From IMG/VR virus record IMGVR_UViG_3300036793_000016, positions 1 to 63,935 of that record: a DNA stretch of 63,935 nucleotides, one strand, 5' to 3'. The number at the start of each line of letters is the position of its first letter. Position 1 is the first letter of the stretch. The notes beneath the pieces are model-generated. The model made no database searches, was not told the DNA's origin, and saw only the letters and a list, made by a program, of their open reading frames with translations. Origin of the DNA: a virus. Lineage: Duplodnaviria; Caudoviricetes. Of this stretch, positions 26,374-37,700 are shown in pieces. A program made the position numbers and the translations under genes.

Positions 26374-26970
26374 ATGTCCGTTGACCTCTCCGACTACGTG
26401 GCGACGCTTCGCCGCGAGGTGACGCCGCCTGGGTCCACGACTTTCGCCACTGTCAGTGACGATGTGTTCGTGGGCTACCTTGCCGACGCCTTCTGGGAAG
26501 TCCGGCTCGACGGGTTCATGGAGCCCTACTCCAGCGATGACGCCGGGATTGTGCTGCCGGTCGGTGACGCTCAGGTCGTCGCGGGCGCCACCGACTACAC
26601 GCCGACCACCTTCGATCCGAACAAGGACATCTCGCGCTCGGACATCGCGCTGGTCTGCCTCTACGCGGGCATCAAGATCATCCGCAACCGGCTCATGGAG
26701 CAGGCCACTCGGACCAAGGCGCAGGCGGGCCCGGTCCAGTTCGAGCAGGACTTCTCGGCCAACCTGCTCACCGAGATGCTCAAGGAGCTGACGGCCACCA
26801 AGAACCGGCTGCTGTTCCTCAAGACCTACAACCAGGACGTGACGCTGATCGACGTGTTCTCGGCTCGCTCGGCCAGCGCGTCGTCCTACTCGGGCTACCT
26901 CTACGACTGGTACACCGGAGCGTTCGGGGGCAACCAGTTCGACATGTATGACGTTGGCGGGTTCATCTAG
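26374..26970 (+). CDS. Putative head-tail adaptor
   Basis: GGAGG RBS, size, position, KAQAGPVQFE motif. Confidence 0.5.
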   Translation: MSVDLSDYVATLRREVTPPGSTTFATVSDDVFVGYLADAFWEVRLDGFMEPYSSDDAGIVLPVGDAQVVAGATDYTPTTFDPNKDISRSDIALVCLYAGIKIIRNRLMEQATRTKAQAGPVQFEQDFSANLLTEMLKELTATKNRLLFLKTYNQDVTLIDVFSARSASASSYSGYLYDWYTGAFGGNQFDMYDVGGFI

Positions 26971-27422
26971 TGGCCAACGATCTCCTGGGCTTCGACGCCG
27001 ATCTCTTCCGGACCAACATCACCAACACGATGGTGATGGGCCTGCCCGTGCCTGTCGACGAGCGTCCGACTTTCTACTTCCCGGTCACGACCACCTATCC
27101 GGATGGCACGCTGCTCGACTCCGAAGGGAAGCCCATTGATCCACGGATCACCCCAACCCGTACCTCACCGGCCTCGGTTCAAGTCCCGTGTGCCGTTGAA
27201 TACGCGACGGATACATCGAACAACCAAGACCTCGTGGGAACCTTTTGGGCCACCCGAGCCACCATCACCCTCCTCGACATCCACTACGCCCTCGTCAAGG
27301 ACGCGATCGAAGTAGACCTGGCGAAGCGGCGCTACCTCATCCAGGAGCTGACCGAGGTGGGGTTGAGCACGGTGACGGTGTACTCGCTGATCTGCTTCCG
27401 CAAGGGGGTCGAGACTTCCTAA
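26970..27422 (+). CDS. Putative head closure/stopper protein
   Basis: 150-aa beta-rich protein; synteny. Confidence 0.45.
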   Translation: MANDLLGFDADLFRTNITNTMVMGLPVPVDERPTFYFPVTTTYPDGTLLDSEGKPIDPRITPTRTSPASVQVPCAVEYATDTSNNQDLVGTFWATRATITLLDIHYALVKDAIEVDLAKRRYLIQELTEVGLSTVTVYSLICFRKGVETS

Positions 27423-27973
27423 TGCCAGACACAGTGATCGACACGGGGGTCGGCGGCTATGTCCGGTGGCGGGGCCGCATGGTGCGCAGCTCGGTGTTCA
27501 ACGACCTCAAGCGCACGCTGACCGCGACCGGCTGGCTGGACACCGAGCTGGAGTACCCGTTCCAGGTGCGCGAGTTCTTCGCCGAGTTCTCGGTCTACGT
27601 GCAGGACGCCATCCACGTGAACACGATGGTCATCGACAACGGCGACCCGACGCCCATCGGCGAGTGGGAGCTGGGCGGCGACATGACCCGTACCTACCGC
27701 TTCTCCTTGGGCTTCTACGCCCAGGACGATGAGACCGGCCTGGCTGTCTTCTCCGACCTCCAGGATCGCTATGACGGGCTGACCGAAATCCCCTACGTCG
27801 CGCTCTACAACTACAACGCGGCCACCCCACCGCTGATTCGCTACATGGAGGTCGAGGGGTTTCAGTACGCCAGGGCGCCGCAAGACGCAGTGCCGTATGA
27901 GCATCACTTGTTCTTCGCAGAGCTGATGGTGCGGGACTTCATAGATGGAGACAGGACAACGATGCAGCCATGA
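27422..27973 (+). CDS. Putative tail terminator
   Basis: TAATG overlap (MPDTVIDTG...); synteny. Confidence 0.45.
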   Translation: MPDTVIDTGVGGYVRWRGRMVRSSVFNDLKRTLTATGWLDTELEYPFQVREFFAEFSVYVQDAIHVNTMVIDNGDPTPIGEWELGGDMTRTYRFSLGFYAQDDETGLAVFSDLQDRYDGLTEIPYVALYNYNAATPPLIRYMEVEGFQYARAPQDAVPYEHHLFFAELMVRDFIDGDRTTMQP

Positions 27974-28227
27974 GCATCCCGGTCAAGCAGTTCCTCAAAG
28001 CGAGACGGGATCGAGCCCTCGGCAGCATTTTGGGCTACGCGGAACGGGAAATCTTTCCGAAGCTCTCCGCCGAGGAGAAGCTCAAGTTTCGGCAGATCGT
28101 GCTCGACAGCCTCAACAGCTACCACGACTCGGCTCTCGACTTGTTCAAGAGCGACGTGGGGTCGATCCATAACGACGAGCTGATCGGCTTGCTGGAGCGC
28201 ATTGAGCAACGGCTCCCGAAGACGTAG
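27970..28227 (+). CDS. Hypothetical protein
   Basis: ATGA overlap, 85 aa helical. Confidence 0.65.
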   Translation: MSIPVKQFLKARRDRALGSILGYAEREIFPKLSAEEKLKFRQIVLDSLNSYHDSALDLFKSDVGSIHNDELIGLLERIEQRLPKT

Positions 28228-28240
28228 AGGAGAAACAGAC

Positions 28241-28414
28241 GTGCGTACGTTTGACATCATCATGCTGATCGTCGGTGGCGTGCTGTTCGTGGTCGCCGGT
28301 GCCGTGCTCACTCCGGCCCACCCCAAGGTCGCCTGGCGCGGCAATCTGATCGCCCTCGGCCTGCTGGCCGTCCTGGTCGTCATCCCACTGGTGACGCTGA
28401 TCAAGAACGGCTAA
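28241..28414 (+). CDS. Small two-TM membrane protein
   Basis: GAGGAG RBS; two hydrophobic helices. Confidence 0.65.
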   Translation: MRTFDIIMLIVGGVLFVVAGAVLTPAHPKVAWRGNLIALGLLAVLVVIPLVTLIKNG

Positions 28415-28417
28415 GCC

Positions 28418-29053
28418 ATGCCCATGACGATCAGCGCCAAGGGCAAGCGGTTCATGAACATGTCGACGCTGGCCACTCAGTTCGCGGCCAAGATCGACCC
28501 CATCACCGAGTCGGCAGCCAGGGCGGCGACCGATGCCTCTCGGCTCCAGTTCAACCGATTGGCCGGGCACCGTCCGATCGCACCGCCTCGATCGGGCCGG
28601 GCGACCACGGGCGGCGCTTTCGCCAGCCTGCTGACCTGGACGGCGGCGGGCGGCAACATCGCGTTCGACATCGGAGCATTGCCGCCGTCCTACGTCTATG
28701 TTCAGGAACTCGGGACAGGGCCGGGGGCTCGGGGCAACATCATCGACCCGATCGGTGCCGTGGTGGTGGCGACCATCGACATTCCCTCGCAGAAGGGGCG
28801 CAAGATTCCCCGCGACCTGGTGTGGGGTAGCGGTCCTGGCGGCAACGCATCCGACCCGCACAGCGGCGTGGGCCACGAGCAGCTCTACTCGAAGTCGACC
28901 CTCGATGCCAAGAGCGTGCGGGCCCTCAATGGGCGTCGACTGATCATCAAGCGCGAGATCGTGGGCAAGCACTTCATCGCGCAAGGCGGCACGATCGGCT
29001 ATCTCCAACTCCGGCGCGAGCTTGTCGATGAGGCCATACGGACTTTCCGATGA
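28418..29053 (+). CDS. Putative tail completion protein (HK97 gp10-like)
   Basis: YVYVQELGTG...IVGKHFI pattern; precedes the major tail gene. Confidence 0.5.
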   Translation: MPMTISAKGKRFMNMSTLATQFAAKIDPITESAARAATDASRLQFNRLAGHRPIAPPRSGRATTGGAFASLLTWTAAGGNIAFDIGALPPSYVYVQELGTGPGARGNIIDPIGAVVVATIDIPSQKGRKIPRDLVWGSGPGGNASDPHSGVGHEQLYSKSTLDAKSVRALNGRRLIIKREIVGKHFIAQGGTIGYLQLRRELVDEAIRTFR

Positions 29054-29118
29054 CTGCTGAGGGGCGTCGAAGGGAATCCGCCTAACCGGTCAACCGATGG
29101 CCCAAGAGAGGAGGCAAC

Positions 29119-30453
29119 ATGGCTATCAGGGCAGGTCAGATTCTGCACGCGATGAACCAGTTCATCGTCGATCGGATTCAGACGGGTGGTGCGGGTAACC
29201 TCAACATCCCTCAGAACCGTGTCTACGAGCTGGGTAACTACCAGAGCGTCGGAATCGTGCGTGACGTACCGGACCTGAGCTTCACTCTTGACGTGCTGGA
29301 CGTAGGCACTCAGGTGGAGGCTCTCGTCACCGGAGCAGTACGACCAGACAACGACACCGATCACCCACTGGGAGATGGAACGACTCCGGGTGCGAGCTAC
29401 GATCTTTCGCTCGCCATCCCGGCTGACATCATCTCGCCGTTCAAGACGGACCAGGGTGCCTACAGCGTCGTCAAGGGCGTAGCAGTACCCCAGCTCTCGC
29501 TGGAGCAAGTGCAATACACGTACGGCTTGACCGCGAATGCGGGAGAGAACTGGACCCTTCGCGGGGACAGCATCTACTACATTCCGGGCGTTCCGTTCCT
29601 GGCTGTCTACGCAGGCGACGGCACGACCACCACGTTCGTGTTCCAGACGGCGGATGCGACTCCGGTCGCGTTGCACGCGCTGCTCTACACGGAACAGGGA
29701 CAGAACCAGTACGCGCTGAACGTCTCGGTCAATGGCAAGCGCCAGCGTCGAGACGTGGATTTCACGGACACCAACACGCACGTGGTCTTCACGACCGCGC
29801 CCGCCAACGGTGCCGTCATCCGCATCACCTTCGGTGCCAACGAGAACGCGGCTTCGGCCCCGATCACGGCAACGTACTCGCAGTCGGTGCACAGCGATCT
29901 GTCGGTCAAGCCTGCTGCCATCCGTGGTCGTGACATCCGTGTCAAGATCGGCGGACTCAACATCAGTCACAAGTGGCACGACGTTCAGTCCTTCCAGGCG
30001 AACTGGCGTGTCACCCTCGACAACGACTACGAGTTCGGCGACGCGCACGCGGTGAACCGCGACTTCATCGACCCCCCGGATGTCTCGGGGACGATCGGTC
30101 TCAAGGCCATCACGGTTGCGGCACTGTTCGACAAGCTATTCCAGATCACCGGCGTTCCGACGACTGATGTCATCGGCCCGCAGTCCTCGGTGACCGTCCC
30201 GATCATCGTCGAGCTGCTCAACCCGGCCTCGGGTGGCACTTCGCACGTTGCTCAGGGCGCGGTTCTCAAGACCCTCTTCATCCCGGATGCTCGCTTCACC
30301 ATTCCGGGCTACGAGGGCCGCGTGAGCCAGAAGCTGACCTCCGATGTGGCCTACACCTCGGACAAGGGTCTGCTGTACGTCATCAAGGGCCAGGCGACTC
30401 TGGCTCAGCTCCAGGCATTCTCCGGGTCGAGCAACACGATCGTCCCGGACTAG
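29119..30453 (+). CDS. Major tail (tube) protein
   Basis: AGGAGG RBS; 444 aa; upstream of chaperones and tape measure; followed by a terminator. Confidence 0.7.
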   Translation: MAIRAGQILHAMNQFIVDRIQTGGAGNLNIPQNRVYELGNYQSVGIVRDVPDLSFTLDVLDVGTQVEALVTGAVRPDNDTDHPLGDGTTPGASYDLSLAIPADIISPFKTDQGAYSVVKGVAVPQLSLEQVQYTYGLTANAGENWTLRGDSIYYIPGVPFLAVYAGDGTTTTFVFQTADATPVALHALLYTEQGQNQYALNVSVNGKRQRRDVDFTDTNTHVVFTTAPANGAVIRITFGANENAASAPITATYSQSVHSDLSVKPAAIRGRDIRVKIGGLNISHKWHDVQSFQANWRVTLDNDYEFGDAHAVNRDFIDPPDVSGTIGLKAITVAALFDKLFQITGVPTTDVIGPQSSVTVPIIVELLNPASGGTSHVAQGAVLKTLFIPDARFTIPGYEGRVSQKLTSDVAYTSDKGLLYVIKGQATLAQLQAFSGSSNTIVPD

Positions 30454-30479
30454 AGCCTTCGGCTACTGCACGACACTGC

Positions 30480-30509
30480 TCGCGGGGGTTGGGAGACCAG
30501 CCCCCGCGA
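30480..30509 (+). terminator. Hairpin terminator
   Basis: TCGCGGGGGTTGG-GAGA-CCAGCCCCCGCGA. Confidence 0.7.
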
Positions 30510-30552
30510 CGTGGTGAGGACTGGAACCCGGACTAGCTGAGGAGTTGTCGCT

Positions 30553-31437
30553 GTGGCGACCAAAGCAAAACTGACGCGCATCGAAAAGCGGAAGAAGCTC
30601 GAAGCCCTCTTCGATCGTGGCGCGTATGTCTACTTCAACGCAGAGCCTGACGGGACCGTCGTTGTCCGCAAGGACGGCGAGGAGCAGCCCGAGGACATGC
30701 GTATCTGGGTCCGACCAGCCTCCCCATTGCAGCGCGAGATGGTCGTGCGTGAAGCCCAAGCAGCCCGCGCTCGCGCGATGGTCACGGCCCGCGACGAAGA
30801 CTCCCGCGAGTGGATCACGATCCGAGGCTTCATCGCCGCCCTGACGATGGACGGCCTCGTGGAGTACGTGATGGACCTGGACGAGGCCACGCGGCTGTCT
30901 GAGGCCCGGCGCGACGTGCTCAAGGAGAAGGAGTGGGAGGACTTCAACGCGCTGCGCGATGCCATGCGCCAGTTCGAGGAGTCCGGCGCCGAGCGGGATG
31001 ACCCCGAGTGGGCCTCGCTCATGAAGCGCGACCAAGCCTTCGGTGATCAGGTCGCTGACCGGGCCGACGAGCTGCGCGCGGACGCTCGTGAGGCGTTCAA
31101 GCTCATGCCTCGTCCCGACCTGGAGAAGCGGGCATTCGAGAAGCGCCTGGACCAGGCTGGCTCGGCGGCGTTCATGGACTCCTACGAGACGTGGATGCTG
31201 TACTACGCCTGCCGCGACGACGACGACCATCTCGTCCAATACTTCGACGACCCGGACGACCTCAAGTCCGCGCCGCAGGAGTTGCAGGACGGTCTGAGCA
31301 ACCGTCTCGCCCGGTTCATCACCGACGCTGGTGAAGCAAAAAACTCGCAGGGGGCGGTAGCTGGCTTGCCATCATCAGCGCCGTCCGACGCTCCGGAGAT
31401 TTCCGAGTCATCTACCCCCGAGGAATCAAGCGACTAG
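30553..31437 (+). CDS. Tail assembly chaperone (G)
   Basis: Between major tail and tape measure; slippery A AAA AAC near the 3' end. Confidence 0.75.
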   Translation: MATKAKLTRIEKRKKLEALFDRGAYVYFNAEPDGTVVVRKDGEEQPEDMRIWVRPASPLQREMVVREAQAARARAMVTARDEDSREWITIRGFIAALTMDGLVEYVMDLDEATRLSEARRDVLKEKEWEDFNALRDAMRQFEESGAERDDPEWASLMKRDQAFGDQVADRADELRADAREAFKLMPRPDLEKRAFEKRLDQAGSAAFMDSYETWMLYYACRDDDDHLVQYFDDPDDLKSAPQELQDGLSNRLARFITDAGEAKNSQGAVAGLPSSAPSDAPEISESSTPEESSD

Positions 31438-31700
31438 AGGACGTGCCGTGGCCGCTGCACGAGGCGATCGTGCACGGTCTGCAAATCCTGAGCTGGTACG
31501 AGAACTACGTCGAGAAGGAGATTCCCCCGGACACGATCTGGGATGACGCCGAGGGAATCGAGGAGTGGTTCAAGGCGGTCAAGATCAAGAACGACGCCAA
31601 GTACACCGACGGCGTTCCCCAGGTCGACAACGACAACGACGATCCAGAAGTAGGCAATCAAATGATCGGCAATGACCTCGCGGGCTTCTTCCGGGAGTGA
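31338..31700 (+). CDS. -1 frameshift extension of the tail chaperone (GT)
   Basis: AAAAAAC at 31338-31344; the -1 frame is open (LAGGGSWLAIISAVRR...EDVPWPLHEA) to the stop at 31700. Confidence 0.85.
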   Translation, partial: KKLAGGGSWLAIISAVRRSGDFRVIYPRGIKRLEDVPWPLHEAIVHGLQILSWYENYVEKEIPPDTIWDDAEGIEEWFKAVKIKNDAKYTDGVPQVDNDNDDPEVGNQMIGNDLAGFFRE

Positions 31701-31790
31701 TCAGAGCCGAGACAGAACACAGGACATGGGACTGCACGGGCTAGTTGGACTCGGGAACACCGTACGGAGTAGGAACGGAGCTGCCGAGTC

Positions 31791-34700
31791 GTGGCGACCA
31801 ACGACTTCTATCTGAACTTCGGCTCGGACGCCAACCCCTTCGCCAAGGAGCTAGCGACCGAGCTGGCTCCCGGTATTGCCCAGATCAACGCGCTCACCGA
31901 GGCGATCCTCAAGTACGACGAAGCGGTCGGCTCGCTGCACACCGGCAACCCGCTCGGCAACCTATTCGGCCAGCTCGATCAGGCCAGCGCCAAGCTGGAG
32001 TCGATCGGCGGGGAACTCGGCACCGCGTTCGAGAAGATCACCACCTCGCTCGGCACCCTGACCGGCCAGCTTCGTGGTGCGCTCACCGAGATCAGTCAGG
32101 CCACTCGTGCGGCTGCCGACGCGGGCAAGGTCAAGCCACCGCCGCCACGGACGCAAGCGACTCAGGTCACCGATGAGGAGCTGAGCCCGGCCAAGCTCGC
32201 GCAGACCCAGCGCACCGTCGCCGTCGCCACGACCAACGGCGATGCCGCTCGCAACGCCGTCAAGCGTGTCGCCGACATCAATGCCACCCTGGCTCGCAAC
32301 GCCGCCGACTCTGCCGACCAGCTCATCAAGCTCGGCGAGGCCATCCGCTCCCTGACCACGATGACCAAGGTCAGCACCAGGGGCGTCACCGAGGGCCGGT
32401 TCCAGCAGAACACCGTCTACGTGCAGGGCGGTGGAGCAAGTGCCGAGCATCTCGGCAACGTCAGTCCCGCCGTGGTGCAGGCCGTCCTTGCCCAGGCTGG
32501 TATCCAGGAAGCCCAGCAGGCGCCCGTCCGCGATCAGGCGCACCAGGCTCAGCGCGACGCCTCCGACGCCCAGCAGCGAGCCCAGCAGCTAGAGCGTGCC
32601 GGGTTCACCGCTGCCGCGCAGCCGGGTCTCTACCAAGTGCCGGGCGAGACCGCGACGCGCACGGTCACCAACCGGATCAACCCCGGCGAGTCCTTCGACG
32701 ACTACTTCGCGCGGGTGGCCAGTAACACCCAGGGGCTCAACCGCATCCGGCAAGAGGTCGTCCAGCGCAGCGAGTCCCGCGTAGGCATCCAGGGCAGCCA
32801 GGACATCCAGGATGTCCAGCGGCTCATCGGTCGACGTGGCCTGGAGACCCTCAGCGGGCCCGAGCACGCGGCGCTCAACGATGGCCGGACGCCGGGCTCG
32901 ATCCCGACTTCGACAATAAGGGCGTCCGTCCAAAGCGTTCTAGGTCCGTCGAACGCGCTGACCCCTGAACAATATGCACTCGTTCCGCAGGCCCTGGCTG
33001 AGTTCAAGGCGATGCAGGCGGACTTCGCCGCGTTGGCCAAGAGTGATGTGGCCTCGCGGATCAGCGCCAACCCTGCCGAGACCTTCGCCTTCGCCCCCGA
33101 GCGGGCGCCCACCGAGGCGACCACCAAGGCGGGCCGGGCTCGCGGTCTTGGTCTTTCCGATCCCTTCGGCCAGGTGCAGGACTACCGGGCTGCGGTCAGC
33201 GAGTACGACCTGGCCAACCCCGACAACCCCGGCGTCGGCGTCCGTGCTGCCGCCGAGGAGCGGATCGCCAACGGTCGGGCCAATTCTCGCGCCTACCGCC
33301 CGCTCAATGACGGGCTCAACGTCCGTCCCGAGACCGTGGTCATCGGCGACACAGGCCGGGCGCCCAAGGCTCCCGCCGACACCACGGCCAAGTACGACCA
33401 GATGGTCGAGCAGGAGATCGCCGCCGCCCGTGAGGCACGGCAAGCTGCCGAGGAGTCCGGGCAGGCTGCGGTCAAGATCACCGAGGCGGCGACCAAGCTC
33501 GAAGAAGTTGCCAGCGGTGGTGGTCGCGGGCCCCGTCCTCCTCGTCCTCCGCGTCCACCAGCAGGCGGCTCAGAAAATGAGCAGCCAGAAGAAGAACCGA
33601 CGGGCGTCAGTTCTCCGCGTGCCACGCGCCGGGGTCAGCCGTACCCGACTCCGGAGTCCTCGCCGAAGGTGGCCGAACTCCAGGCCGCACTGGATGAGAA
33701 CACGCGAGCCGTCCTGGAGGATGTCAAGGCCAAGCTGCCGGGACTCACCGGCAATGCACGGGCCGCTGAGATCGAGCGGGCCGGTACCGCGTTCGCCGCC
33801 GACCCGGCGTTCGGCAACATCGAGGGTGGTGTCCGAAACCAGCGTCGCTCGCTCGGTGGTCTGCTCGGACTGAACACAGGTGGCGCGGACTACCAGACCC
33901 TCGGCAACGTCCTGGGTGCTCAGGGCAGTGGCACGGCGCAACTGCTCGGTGGCCGGTCCAACGTCTCGGAGACCCAGCAGGCGGCTGAGGCCGAGGCGCG
34001 CTACGCGGCTGCCCTGGCTGAGACCGAGGGCAAGACGGTCGCCGAGACCAACGCGATCCTTCGCCGGTTCAAGGCACAGGAGCAGCTCAACGCGGCCAAC
34101 GCCCAGGGCAGCACGCTCCAGCGGGCATCGGCTCAGATCGGTCTCAACAACGCCGACGAGGACTTGTCCAAGACCCGTGCCAGCATCTCGGCTAGGAACA
34201 CCCCGCAGACGCTCCAGCAGGGACTGTTCGGTCAGGCTGGATTCGCGCAGAACCAGCTCCGCCACGTCGGCCTCGGGCTCGAAAACGTAGTTGGATACAC
34301 GTTAGTTTTCACGGGCTTCGACAAGCTCCAGGAACTGGCGCACACCGGCCTGGAGTCTGACGCGGCATTCGTGCGGCTCCAGGCGTCCTTGGAGGCCAAC
34401 GGGATCGCAGCGGGCAACCTGCGCACCCAGCTCGCTGGCATCTCGGCCAGCACCGCGACGCCCTTGCAGCACACCATCGAGGCCGCGTCCGAGCTGGCCG
34501 GTGTCTTCAACAACGCCGCTGACCTGGCCTTCGGCACGAAGATCGCTGCCCAGCTCGCCAACATCAGTCAGGGCACGCTCACCGCCAAGGAGGCGGCGGT
34601 CGGCCTGCGGGATGTCATCGACGCCTACGCCCAGGACTGGGCAGCGGCGGGCGTCTCGGCCAAGGACGCGATCCAGCAGACCGGCGATGAGGTCGCTCGG

Positions 34701-37700
34701 CTGTCGCAGACCACGGGTGTCGGCGTCAAGGACATCCTGGAAGGCACCACTCAGTTCGCCCAGGAAGCGCACGACTATCACCTGGACCAGAACCAGGCTG
34801 CCACCATCGCGGCCTACGCGAGCCGGGCGACTGGTGAGACCGGCGAGCAGTCGGCGTCGCAGGCGTCTCGATTCCTGGCCACGCTGCGCAACCCGAAGCT
34901 CCAGCAGATTCTGACGACCACCCAAGTTCCTGGCGAGCGCGGTGCCAACGGCGCTCCGGTCACCGTGGCCTCGGCCCAGCAGTTCGCCAGCGGTGACATC
35001 TCGGGCGTCCTGACGAGCCTGCTGACCAACTTCGACAAGCTCACCCCGTCTTCCCAGGCGGCAATCCAGCAGATCGCCGGTGTCGGCATCCAGGCGCGTG
35101 TCTTCTCCGCGATCATGCACGACGGCACGACGATCTTGCAGCAGTTCACCGACGCTCAGAACGCGGCTGGTGCCCTGGCCAAGCAGAACGCGAGCTACCT
35201 GCACACCGTTGCGGGCGAGATCAAGCAGTTCGACGAGGACTTCCAGAACCTCGGCAACACCCTGACTCGGCTCGGTGCCTTCGACTCGATCGGCCTGTTG
35301 GCCAAGGCGGCTGACGATCTGGTCAAGGCGTTCTCGGCGTTCTTCAACCTGATCGCCGACTTCGCCGACTCGAACCCGTTGACCAAGGCGCTCCTCCCGG
35401 CCCTCGTGGTGACCGGCGAGCTGGCCGTGGCGTTCAAGCTCCTTGCTGGCGTGGGGGCGTCTGTCTTCGGCAGGGCCGGTCTCCTTACTGCGGTCAACGC
35501 AAGCTCGGTTGGCAGCCCGGTCATCGGTGCTGGCGGGGTGGCCACCGGCGAACTTGTCGCGGCGCAGTACGGTCGACTTAGCCCAGGCCGCATCCTCAAC
35601 GGCACCCTCGGGGCCGGGGCTCGGGTCACGGCTTCCGATGTCGCCACCCGCGAGGAGCAAGTCCTCAGTCGCGGTGGTCTACGCGGTGTCGCGGGATCGG
35701 TTATTGGCCTACCCGGTCGGGCCTACCGGTCGGTCAGCGGTGGAATCAGTGGCATCGCTGCTGAGCAGCGCGCATCGTTCGTCGCCTCCGAGGCGTCGCG
35801 CATCGAGGCCGAGCAGGCTGCCGCTGGCTTCCGGTACAACTCGGCGGGCCGCGCGGTCAGCACGACCGGCATCGGCAGCTTCGTTCCCGTCTCCAGTATT
35901 CCGGAGAACCTCCGGGGCACGCCCGCTTCGCTGGCCGAGGAGTCCACTCAGAGTGCCGCGCGCCGCATCGGCGCCGTGGCTGGCGATGTAGGCACTCGCG
36001 GTGTCGGCGCACTGGAGAAGGGCCTCAACAGCAGCCTCGGCAAGATGATCGGTCTCGGTGCCGCACTGGCGGTCGTCGGCGTGGTCGCGGATCAGATCAT
36101 GGCCGCGCGAGCGCAGGACAAGGCCGACCAGAAGACCGGTCAGATCACCTTGGGAACCCTTGACGGAACCCAGGCGGCGAAGGACGCGGCAGCGAAGGCC
36201 AGCGCGGCGACGGGGACCAATGCCGACCCGTTGAGCGCGATTCAGCAGGCGGGAAAGCGGGCTGGCTCGGCGGGCGGTTTCGCCACGTTCGGCTCGCGGA
36301 TCATCTCCGGCGACGTGACGGCGACCGACGGGTTCCAGGGCGTCAGCGACAAGTACAGCAACGACTACATCAAGCTGGTGCTGAGCCAGAACAAGGCCAT
36401 CCGCGCGCTGCCCAAGGACGCCAGCGTCGATGACATCAACGCGGCCAAGGCTGCCAGCGACAAGGACTTCCAGAACCAGGTCGACGGGCTCGTCAAGGAG
36501 GCGGGCAACAAGAACAACCAGACCCAGGCCATTGCTGAGCTGGCCACTCTCAAGGAGCGGACGGACGAGTCCTACGCCAAGCGGCTCCTTGTCGCCCAGG
36601 GGCTGAGCGGGCTCGACGCGCTCAACGCCACCCAGGTCGGTCAGCTCGGCACCTACTACGCGCAGCTCAGTCAGTACAACAACAAGACGCTCTCCGAGAT
36701 TCAGGGGCTCAACCAGTCGCTCCAGCAAGACCTCGGACTGACGCCCGGCTCGGCGGCGGACAAGCAGAGCAAGATCGCACTCGGCCTGCCGGGATCGACC
36801 CAGCCTGCCTACACCGACGGCACGACCACCAACGCCGAGCACGCTCAGACGATCCTCCCGACCGACCAGGAGCGTCGGGACGCCGAGATCGCCAGCATCA
36901 AGTTGGGCCTGGCTCAGGACGCGACTCGACTGGCCGATACGACGGGGCAGTACGCGACCGGTGGCAAGGGCTCGGCCCGTGAGGCGTTGCAGCAGCAGGA
37001 CGCTCAGCAGGCCCAGCTTCTCCAGCAGTTGCAGACCCAGAACGACACGGTTGCGGTCAACCTGCCGCAAACGCAGGCGACGAACGCACTCAACGTCGGC
37101 AACACCGCCGACGCGGTGAAGTACCTGAATCAGACCAAGACGGCACTCCAGGCTCTGATTGCACCCGGTGGCACGTACGACTCCAGCCAGAAGGAGTATT
37201 ACGACACCCTGGCTCAGATTCAGGATGCGCAACTCAAGCTCGCCCAGCTCAAGTACCAGGAGTCGACCGACGCTGCGGCCCTCGAAGCAGCGGGTAGCAA
37301 CGACGCGGCGACCAAGGCTCGGGACGCGCAGATTCAGGCCAACAACAACCTCCAGGCGGCGAAGGACGCCGGACTCCAGGGAACGGCTCTGGCGCCGTAC
37401 CAGCAAGCTCAGGCGGCGGCAGACCTCGGCGCGCGCTCGACGCAGCAGTCGATCACCCAGGCGCAACTCGGCGCGCAGTTCGCAGGCGTGCGCAGCGGCA
37501 CCGGGCAGGCTCGGGCCGCGATCACCGAGGCGGCACAGCGCGAGAATGCCTACCGGGGTGGTGGGTCACTCGCTGATCAGGCCAGCTACTACGCGGCGGT
37601 GCAGTCCTACACCCAGGCGCAGGCTCAGTTGCGTGATGCTCTGGAGGCCGACGCGCAGGGTGCCTACGACGCTGCCTCGGCGATTCAGAAGCTGCACGGC

